IMG/VR virus record: IMGVR_UViG_3300046777_002658
Location: 1-64,000 of that record
DNA length: 64,000 nucleotides
Direction: 5' to 3' (one strand)
From: a virus
The first letter of the stretch is position 1, and every line of letters begins with the position of its first letter. Position numbers and translations under genes: made by a program. The notes beneath the pieces are model-generated. The model ran no database searches and was not told the origin of the DNA. It was given only the letters and a program-made list of their open reading frames with translations. Positions 54,885 to 62,069 of this stretch are shown here, in pieces.

Positions 54885-55916
54885 GTGGTAATAATTAAAA
54901 AAATGACTTTAACAATAAACACTCAACAGGAAGTAGATAATAAGTTTTTAGGTGTAGGAGGCTATCAACTGGTTCAAGAGTACCTTTCTGAACAAGAGTT
55001 AATAGACTCTGTACTATTTGGTGGTCAAACTATATTTCTATCACTTTTTTCAACAGCTGAAGGTAAGCCGACAATAGTAGAGAATTTAGTAGAGCATGGA
55101 TACCAGCCTGATTCTTTGCTGGCAGTCTTAAACTCTAAGTTTGAACTTCTAGCCCAGAAAGTTCTTGAACCCACTGTTATTGCTGGAGAGACCATCTATC
55201 AATATGGCTTAACAGAAGATGAACGCCTTTTACTTTTTAGAAAACATCTAGGAAGGTTTTTCTTCTCATTTGAAACTAGACAAGGTGTAAAGGTTATCCA
55301 AGTCTTTAGCCTGACAGAAATACCTCCTAGTGAGCAGAACGCTTTGCTAAGTCTATGGAGAACCCAAGCGGAGTCCTTGTCTAACCAACAATCAAATATT
55401 GATGAACTTTTTATTAAACCAGTTACACAAAACCAGGTAAATTTATTTATATCTGAAACACAAAGTATATCTCTTCTATCGCCTGTAAATGAGCAAGTGT
55501 TTCTCAAGGGAGATTCTATTTACATCTCTACTAGTAATAGTGTAGTAATAGCTTTTAAAGCTGTGCATCAGGAACTTGATGAGGAATATCTGCAACTAAC
55601 AGAAAACTCCTTAACAGCTGTACTGTCATCTTTAAACTACACACTAATTCATAGAGACTTAGTTGACAACTCACAGTATTGGCTTTTAAGTGGAGGGGAT
55701 ACAAGACTAGACGTTCATTTCAACGCTGGGTTAGTTGATAAAGTCTATAAGTTGCAGTTTACCACTCTACGTTTAAGCAACACTGAAGGAAGTGGCTTAA
55801 GCAGATTAAAATACAGAGACGGGCTTTATATTTTAAAAGCTGCGAGTAAGTTTGACCCACTGCAGCCTTCAAAAACTATTAAGTTGTCAGCTACAGCTAG
55901 TCTACTAGAAGGATAA
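54885..55916 (+). CDS. Hypothetical protein
   Basis: 343-aa ORF. Confidence 0.6.
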   Translation: MVIIKKMTLTINTQQEVDNKFLGVGGYQLVQEYLSEQELIDSVLFGGQTIFLSLFSTAEGKPTIVENLVEHGYQPDSLLAVLNSKFELLAQKVLEPTVIAGETIYQYGLTEDERLLLFRKHLGRFFFSFETRQGVKVIQVFSLTEIPPSEQNALLSLWRTQAESLSNQQSNIDELFIKPVTQNQVNLFISETQSISLLSPVNEQVFLKGDSIYISTSNSVVIAFKAVHQELDEEYLQLTENSLTAVLSSLNYTLIHRDLVDNSQYWLLSGGDTRLDVHFNAGLVDKVYKLQFTTLRLSNTEGSGLSRLKYRDGLYILKAASKFDPLQPSKTIKLSATASLLEG

Positions 55917-56177
55917 TCTATCGTTTACTGCAGAGAGGTAACTATAAAGAACAGATAGATTAGCTTTATGCAAGGGAGTTAGACCTGTGTTTAGTAAAAC
56001 CCTGATGTTTGCTATTAAAAGGTCTAATTTTTTTAGTTCGTAAAAGTCTAGCAAAAACTCAACTAACTCGCTCTGCGTCAAACCTTTCTCTGCTGCCAGA
56101 CTTTTCAATGATTGAGTTGTATCTGGGGTTAGAGCAATCACAAATTTGCTGGTACGCTTTGTCTCTTTCCTGCCCAT
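55905..56177 (-). CDS. Ribbon-helix-helix (CopG-like) DNA-binding protein
   Basis: KFVIALTPDTTQSLKSLAAEKGLTQSELVEFLL. Confidence 0.7.
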   Translation of the reverse strand: MGRKETKRTSKFVIALTPDTTQSLKSLAAEKGLTQSELVEFLLDFYELKKLDLLIANIRVLLNTGLTPLHKANLSVLYSYLSAVNDRLSF

Positions 56178-56439
56178 CTAAGTTTACTATTTCTCTATAT
56201 AATTCAACTATTTTTCTAGTGTCTTCCCGGAGGATACTATTGCTAACAGAATCTTCTGCACAGAGAGAGTAAAACATAGGGTCTAGCAGCAAAAAGCCTT
56301 TAAACCTTAACTGTACCTCTGTGTCTTGTAGAAGAACCTGAAGGTTGTTATACTCTAAAATTGTGAGCCCACCTTTCTGTTCTACTTTTAGTTTACTAAT
56401 AAACTTAACAAACAAGAATATCTTCTTTAAAAAATTCAT
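56059..56439 (-). CDS. Hypothetical protein
   Basis: 126 aa after the PAAR gene; overlaps the RHH gene. Confidence 0.5.
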   Translation of the reverse strand: MNFLKKIFLFVKFISKLKVEQKGGLTILEYNNLQVLLQDTEVQLRFKGFLLLDPMFYSLCAEDSVSNSILREDTRKIVELYREIVNLDGQERDKAYQQICDCSNPRYNSIIEKSGSRERFDAERVS

Positions 56440-56443
56440 GGTC

Positions 56444-56746
56444 TTAACCTACTAAAACGTTAGCTGCACCTGGTCCTCTTGTAGCTCCAGTACAATGATT
56501 GCGATCGCCTACTCTATGAGCAGGTGAACCCTGGATTAAAACTTTAGAAGAGCCTGTAGTTAAAAAGCAAGGTCCACCGCAGAAAGCTAGGTCTCCAACT
56601 GTAGCAGGAGGTCTCCCAGCGACTAAAACCAGAGAAGCCTTACAGGAAGATATAAAACCACCAGGTACGTATGGTCCTCTTTTAGGATGAGGACAAACAG
56701 TAGTGTTAGGACAGCCAATTCCGTCAAACAGCAAAGCTTGAAACAT
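56444..56746 (-). CDS. PAAR-repeat spike tip protein
   Basis: CPHP, VAGRPPATVGD..FC, GSSKVLIQGSPAHRVGD..HC. Confidence 0.88.
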   Translation of the reverse strand: MFQALLFDGIGCPNTTVCPHPKRGPYVPGGFISSCKASLVLVAGRPPATVGDLAFCGGPCFLTTGSSKVLIQGSPAHRVGDRNHCTGATRGPGAANVLVG

Positions 56747-57573
56747 TAGCTTCCTCCCTCTGTATCAGTGGATAAATAAGCAACCCATTTAACAAAGTAA
56801 TCTCCATCTAACAGAGCGGCTATCTGTGAGTTAAGAAGGCTGGTCTCTAGAACATCACCTTCTGGCTCCAAAGTTAAGGGCAAAAATGTAGTAGGTAAAT
56901 CTGGTATTTCGATAGCATTATAGTTCTCATTTAAAAACCTCTGAAGAGTTATCTGATATTGATTTTGGTTTAAAGTTGGTGGGTAATCCCCTGGCTTTTT
57001 AGTCTGGCTAAAGTTGGCTAGAGGAATAGTAAACTTTGGCATCCCAGGATTAGAAATAGCACTCCGGGCTTCCCCTTGTACTTTTGGTATTCTGTCAGAG
57101 CTATCAATTATTTCCCTAGCCTCGTTTACACATATATTATGTCTACCATCCCACACCTTGCTACTCTTTTGAGGAACAGGTACACCAGGAAATACATACA
57201 TAGAGCTGGTTCTTGAAAAATAACTGTCAGCCCCCCAATCGTAGTTAAAAGGGTTAGCAGGCGGGTACAACAACTCTTCTGCTTTAGGAGCCGGCGCTGG
57301 CTGTACAAAAGAGTAGCAATCAGAGTATAACTCAAGGTCAACAGCAAACCCAAGATGTCTTAGTTTAATGGGATTACTAGAAAGCCTGTAAAACACATGG
57401 CTTCTTTGATAAGTAATCAGGGTTCCATCCGGAGCTGCTAGATTTGAAGCTGTAACAGTCTCTACTTCCTCTAAGAAAGAAAGTTGGGGTGCTGGACTAG
57501 AAAAAGTTCTAGAACCTAAATATACGTCCTGCAAGGTTGGAGTAACAATCGGAGATATTGGTTTGTATTCCAT
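56746..57573 (-). CDS. Hypothetical protein
   Basis: 275 aa, coupled to the PAAR gene. Confidence 0.65.
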   Translation of the reverse strand: MEYKPISPIVTPTLQDVYLGSRTFSSPAPQLSFLEEVETVTASNLAAPDGTLITYQRSHVFYRLSSNPIKLRHLGFAVDLELYSDCYSFVQPAPAPKAEELLYPPANPFNYDWGADSYFSRTSSMYVFPGVPVPQKSSKVWDGRHNICVNEAREIIDSSDRIPKVQGEARSAISNPGMPKFTIPLANFSQTKKPGDYPPTLNQNQYQITLQRFLNENYNAIEIPDLPTTFLPLTLEPEGDVLETSLLNSQIAALLDGDYFVKWVAYLSTDTEGGS

Positions 57574-57717
57574 ATGTAAAAAAGATATTACCTACAAGTA
57601 TAGCTTATACAAGCTTTGCGATCACTCAAAGAAAAATATACGCAGATTTTTTGGGATTAAAAATAAGAAAAAAGAAAGCCGGGGTGTGTCTGGAAAAACA
57701 AATGAAGAGGTAAACAG

Positions 57718-57871
57718 AAAAGCAAAGGCGGAGCTGGGAGAAAAGCAAAGGCGGAGCTGGGAGAAAAGTAAGGTCGGAGCTGGGAGAAAAGTAAGGTCGG
57801 AGCTGGTAGAAGAATCAAAGGCGGAGCTGGGAGAAAAATTGATAGCTGGTAGAAAAATTGATAGCTGGTAG
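57718..57871. repeat. Iteron-like array: five 23-24-bp and two 19-bp direct repeats with core AGCTGG(G/T)AG
   Basis: Units at 57718, 57741, 57764, 57787, 57810, 57834, 57853; A-rich stretch immediately upstream. Confidence 0.85.
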
Positions 57872-58020
57872 AGGTTGATGAATAGTGCTTCCAGAAGGTA
57901 AGCCGGGGTTCTGAAAACGAACAATTCCTGGCTTGTTTTATGGGAGCTACCAAGCCCCTGACGAACTGTTCGTCAGGGGTATTTTTTGTTCTTTATAGGC
58001 GCTTAGAGCGGTTTTGCATC

Positions 58021-58743
58021 ATGTCTATTATCACTACTTCTTTCCTCTCTCTCTCTACCGACTCTTCCTACAGCATTTGGGTGTCAGCACCCAAAGCTGT
58101 GGGCATACACGCCCTCCACAACGGTCTAGCCCCAGCAGGGGGGTATGACCGTAAAAGCAAAGCTAGAGTAAAATCTAGCGGTACTTTAGAGTACCGCTGG
58201 AGTTTGGAGGACAGAGTTCTCCGCCCGGCTCATGCTCGCACTCTCTCGCCCCTTTACGGAGCCTTCACTAACCGACCAGAGCAGTCTTCCCTCGACCGTA
58301 GTAGTCGAGGGAACGGTAGAGTATGCCTAAAGATTAATCTTCAGGCAGTCCTCCCTTGGACAACCTGCACGAAGGGAGACTCGTACTCCCAAGGTAGAAA
58401 GGCAGTGGTTCTGCCTCTCTCTAAGGTTAAATTAGAACTTAAAAGGGCTGGCAACCCTTGGTTCTATTCTGACCGTTGCGATAACGGCAGGCAGCCTGGC
58501 GAAGAGACGCTCACTAGGGAACTGTGGAGGCTAAACGAAAGCCTGCGCCAGTCTTGGAAAGAAGGCTCTATTACCAAGGAGCAGTACGAACTGCTCCTGG
58601 AAGAGGGGGAGAGAAAGCTTATTGAACAATGGGAGGAGGAGAGAAAAAGGAAATGGTGGGAGTATACGCTCCCGTATGTAGAAGTACAAATATGGAGGGA
58701 GGTCACTCCTTCCATGATTGAGGACTGGATAATATTCGACTAG
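58021..58743 (+). CDS. Hypothetical early protein
   Basis: ATG 58021 follows the cassette motif (track start at 57940 lies inside the hairpin region); Trp/Glu-rich C-terminus. Confidence 0.65.
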   Translation: MSIITTSFLSLSTDSSYSIWVSAPKAVGIHALHNGLAPAGGYDRKSKARVKSSGTLEYRWSLEDRVLRPAHARTLSPLYGAFTNRPEQSSLDRSSRGNGRVCLKINLQAVLPWTTCTKGDSYSQGRKAVVLPLSKVKLELKRAGNPWFYSDRCDNGRQPGEETLTRELWRLNESLRQSWKEGSITKEQYELLLEEGERKLIEQWEEERKRKWWEYTLPYVEVQIWREVTPSMIEDWIIFD

Positions 58744-58747
58744 TCCT

Positions 58748-58773
58748 AACCCCTACTCGTGTGAGTAGGGGTT
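58748..58773 (+). terminator. Intrinsic terminator
   Basis: AACCCCTACTC-GTGT-GAGTAGGGGTT followed by a T tract. Confidence 0.8.
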
Positions 58774-58812
58774 TTTTCTTACAGAATTTTAAGCCTGTAA
58801 GGAGGCTTTAAA

Positions 58813-59325
58813 ATGTCAGTAAACGGTTTCGGATGCGAAAAAATGATAAAAGGACTTTTAGCAGAGGCTGGTTATAGCCTCAGCACCAAAATGGAAATTA
58901 AGAACCTGCTGGAGGCAGCAGGTTCTTACGTTGGTAGGTTTGAGAAATCCTACCAGCAGCGAACAGGTAAGTGTGTTCGTTGGCAGTCTAAAACTGCAGA
59001 GTTTGTTTTAGACCACATCTACAAAATCGACATTTTAGTAGATGTTTGTGGTAAGAGCTACGGCGTGCAACTTACCACAAATCCCTACGCCGTAGAAGAA
59101 AAGGTAGAGGTCATAGAAAACCGATGGAAGGCTGGCCTTTACCATAGAGGTGGTATAGCCTCTATAAGCGTAGTGCTTGTGAAAGAGGGACAGCTCGACT
59201 CGTTGTTGAGCTGGACTGACCAACAGCGCGACTCTGTTAAAGAGCAGATCTATGACTTAATAGACTTGCTGATTGACTGTGAAGATACTGGTCAAGTCGG
59301 TCAGTTTACTATAAGACTTCCTTAA
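58813..59325 (+). CDS. PD-(D/E)XK-like nuclease-fold protein
   Basis: LDHIYKIDILV...YGVQLT (D..D..Q.T pattern); GGAGG RBS. Confidence 0.5.
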   Translation: MSVNGFGCEKMIKGLLAEAGYSLSTKMEIKNLLEAAGSYVGRFEKSYQQRTGKCVRWQSKTAEFVLDHIYKIDILVDVCGKSYGVQLTTNPYAVEEKVEVIENRWKAGLYHRGGIASISVVLVKEGQLDSLLSWTDQQRDSVKEQIYDLIDLLIDCEDTGQVGQFTIRLP

Positions 59326-59328
59326 ATA

Positions 59329-59356
59329 AAAACCCACTCAATCTTGAGTGGGTTTT
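59329..59356 (+). terminator. Intrinsic terminator
   Basis: AAAACCCACTCA-ATCT-TGAGTGGGTTTT. Confidence 0.8.
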
Positions 59357-59448
59357 TCTTGAAAACTACAGCCGCGTAGGAAGATTAACCCCCCCTCCCC
59401 TCATATTGAGGGGTTTTTATGTTTTTTTACAGCCGCTTAGGAGGCTTT

Positions 59449-59742
59449 ATGTCCCACAAGAATATAGAAAAGAACCCAGCGGGGTTTCTCAAGACTTTCC
59501 GCTGTAAGGCGGAAGCTATCCTGAACCAAGCTTCAAAGCTTGGCTACTCCTACTCTCAGCCTGAGAAGAGGGAGTTAACTCTTGAGGAGTTATTCAAAGA
59601 CTCAAGAAGGTTACTACACCTGCTCACTCTCTGCAGAGAGTGGTGTACAAGAAAGTACGACTTAGAAACTGATGATGCTTTTATAGACATCATCAACAAG
59701 ATAGACTACCTCGCTAAGAGGTATGGAAACGGCGTGTTCTAG
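59449..59742 (+). CDS. Hypothetical early protein
   Basis: GGAGG RBS and ATG 59449. Confidence 0.65.
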   Translation: MSHKNIEKNPAGFLKTFRCKAEAILNQASKLGYSYSQPEKRELTLEELFKDSRRLLHLLTLCREWCTRKYDLETDDAFIDIINKIDYLAKRYGNGVF

Positions 59743-59747
59743 CAATT

Positions 59748-59771
59748 TACCCCAACTAATCAGTTGGGGTA
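59748..59771 (+). terminator. Intrinsic terminator
   Basis: TACCCCAACT-AATC-AGTTGGGGTA followed by TTTT. Confidence 0.75.
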
Positions 59772-59810
59772 TTTTCTGTCATTTACAGCCGCTTAGAGCG
59801 GCGTGAACCC

Positions 59811-60464
59811 GTGTCTTTTATCAAGAAATTGTTTGGCTTCTTTTCTTCTAACTCTTCAGCCCCTAAAGAGGTTGACTTGCTGGAAATTGCCCAGCAGAAC
59901 CTGGATAAGGTTAAGGCAGAAGCCGCTACCTTGAAAGATGTTGAAGCTAAAAAGAAAGCTGAAGAGCTAAGGCTGATTGAAAGAGCGGCTAAACTAGCCT
60001 CGATTGACAGAGAGCTAGAGTCCACCTTTGACTATATGTCTAAAGGTCATAAGAGGCTGAAGAAGATTGAGAAGCGGATTGCTACTCAAAAGCAGGAGGA
60101 GCAAGAGCAGCTCCAAGCTCACTTCTCCAAAGCTAGGGAGCTGAGAATGAAGTTTGAAGCCTCCCTCTGGGAGGAGGATGAGGACGAGTCTCAAACTCCT
60201 CCACCCGCAAAACCAGCACCAGCACCCGCACCAGCACCAGCACCAGCACCAGCACCCGCACCCGCACCCGCTCCAGCACCCGCACCCGCAAAACCAGCAT
60301 CTGTACCCGCACCCGCACCCGCTCCCGTTGCTCCACCCGCAGCTGCAGTTTCTTCTCAGGCTCCCGAAGAGCCTGAAGAAAGGCCAAAAGCGGAAAAGAG
60401 CGTAATAAAGGAGAGAGGAAAGAACCCCAATGTTGGGGAAATTCCTCCAGTGAATCTTAGATAG
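59811..60464 (+). CDS. Coiled-coil protein with (PA)n linker
   Basis: Charged helical N-half, then PAKPAPAPAPA... from GCACC(A/C) hexamer repeats (~60205-60340). Confidence 0.65.
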   Translation: MSFIKKLFGFFSSNSSAPKEVDLLEIAQQNLDKVKAEAATLKDVEAKKKAEELRLIERAAKLASIDRELESTFDYMSKGHKRLKKIEKRIATQKQEEQEQLQAHFSKARELRMKFEASLWEEDEDESQTPPPAKPAPAPAPAPAPAPAPAPAPAPAPAPAKPASVPAPAPAPVAPPAAAVSSQAPEEPEERPKAEKSVIKERGKNPNVGEIPPVNLR

Positions 60465-60470
60465 ATAACT

Positions 60471-60507
60471 TAACCCCTATAAGGCGCATGACCCCTTATA
60501 GGGGTTA
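60471..60507 (+). terminator. Intrinsic terminator
   Basis: TAACCCCTATAAGG/CCTTATAGGGGTTA 14-bp stem followed by a T tract. Confidence 0.8.
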
Positions 60508-60795
60508 TTTTTTTATGTCCAACAGGACAGTGCGCTGACTCAGCACCCTAGCCCCCAGTGGCAGGAATCCGGGATTTAATTGACCGGGAAGTTAGCGACA
60601 AATGGGATGTAAGTCCAAGAAACTGAACCCCGGTAAGGTACAGCCGCGCTAGTACAGCCGCACCCCAAAATCATTTCTGCAACGAAGAGTTCGTCGTGGG
60701 TTATTTTTACTATTTATAAGACTACTTTAAACATAAAGATAGCGCGAAGCCGTAAGCCCTGCGCTATAATCAGTATAGTAATTGAGTTTCTTACT

Positions 60796-61902
60796 ATGAT
60801 TGATTATAGCATTGTTTCCCGGCATCCGGTGTTTGGTTTTCCTGATAACCAAGATATTTGGAAACAGACAGATAAGCTGCACACACGTCGTCCTAAATCC
60901 TGGTTACGCTATAAGTGGGTGAAGGATAAAGTTGCTCTAGTTTGTCAAAGGTTAGGGTTGCCAGCGGAAGACGTAATGATTTCTAGACCTCCTAACTACT
61001 TCTTTAGTCCTCACATTGCTTACCTCTACGTGGGTTGGCTTCTTGGAGAAGATGAAGCAGTAAGATTCTACAAACATTATCTGATCACACCAGCAGAGCC
61101 AGAGTACAGAGAGTTTAACAAAGATAGGTCTTTAGCAGCAAGCTCCAGCAATCTAAAAAGATATGCGACACCCGAGATATTAAGCTTAGTACCCAATAGT
61201 TTTGAGGGGATTAGTTTCCAGACTTATGGTACTGCTGAAAAACCTTTTTGGTATGCAGATGATGTAGCAAGAGCTTTAGGTCTTACACATCAAAGAGATA
61301 TGTTGAGGTATTTAGAGGAGGATGAAAAGGGGACGGTTTTAACCCACACCCCTGGGGGACCTCAGCAAAAGACCATCGTGTATGAGCCTGGTCTTTACAC
61401 TTGTATATTAAGAGCTAGAGCAGCTACTACTAAAGGAACTCTAGCCTACAAGTTTAGAAGATGGGTGACTCACGAAGTGTTACCTTCTATAAGGATGTAT
61501 GGTTCTTACAGAAATAACATAAGAAAGAATTACATAGACGTAAACAATTTGTTTGCTAACTCACCTTCTCACCCAAATGCTCTTTTATTACATGATTTAG
61601 CTAGTAAGATACAAGCAGATGACAAGGAGGGGCTGCAGGCTTTGTTTGAACTGGCTAAGAGGTTAATGCCCGGTAATGATGAGTTGTTTGATAGTATGCT
61701 ACCTAAAGTAAGACAAGCAAAAAACCCTACAAGAGTAGGAGAAGCAATAACTTGGGAAGGAAGAACACAGACTATACCAGAATGGGCTAGAGAAATGGGT
61801 ATGACAGACTGTAACCTCAGAATACGAATTAGAAACTGGGGTTTGGAGAGAGCTATGTCAACACCTAAAGAAGAGAGGTTTGACAGAACAAAAGCAAGTT
61901 AA
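60796..61902 (+). CDS. BRO-N antirepressor-like protein with KilA-N-like N-terminus and small C-terminal DNA-binding module
   Basis: PFWYADDVARALG, TPGGPQQ..IVYEPGLY, FRRWVTHEVLPSIR; N-terminal PHIAYLYVGWL; C-terminal ITWEGRTQTIPEWAREMG. Confidence 0.85.
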   Translation: MIDYSIVSRHPVFGFPDNQDIWKQTDKLHTRRPKSWLRYKWVKDKVALVCQRLGLPAEDVMISRPPNYFFSPHIAYLYVGWLLGEDEAVRFYKHYLITPAEPEYREFNKDRSLAASSSNLKRYATPEILSLVPNSFEGISFQTYGTAEKPFWYADDVARALGLTHQRDMLRYLEEDEKGTVLTHTPGGPQQKTIVYEPGLYTCILRARAATTKGTLAYKFRRWVTHEVLPSIRMYGSYRNNIRKNYIDVNNLFANSPSHPNALLLHDLASKIQADDKEGLQALFELAKRLMPGNDELFDSMLPKVRQAKNPTRVGEAITWEGRTQTIPEWAREMGMTDCNLRIRIRNWGLERAMSTPKEERFDRTKAS

Positions 61903-61927
61903 TAACCGTAACTAACTAATTAAATAA

Positions 61928-61951
61928 CCCCTTGAGTTTTTACTCAAGGGG
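61928..61951 (+). terminator. Intrinsic terminator
   Basis: CCCCTTGAGT-TTTT-ACTCAAGGGG followed by a T tract. Confidence 0.8.
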
Positions 61952-62069
61952 ATTTTTTGTTGTTTACAAACGATAGGTACTACAAGCTATAAAGCACCAT
62001 ACTCACGACGAACGGTTCGTCGTGGGTATTTTTTATAGTCCGACAGCCGCTTAGACCAAGGAGGTTCGC

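Noticed and set aside
57718-57871. CRISPR mini-array
   Set aside because: The repeats are adjacent with no unique spacers, are not palindromic, and no cas genes are nearby.
57563-57953. Three overlapping ORFs across the repeat array
   Set aside because: Repeat units of 23 and 19 bp break codon periodicity, so the ORFs look like by-products of low-complexity sequence.
58021-58743. Plasmid replication initiator (Rep) call
   Set aside because: It is next to the iteron-like array but has no motif I can recognise, so it is left as hypothetical.
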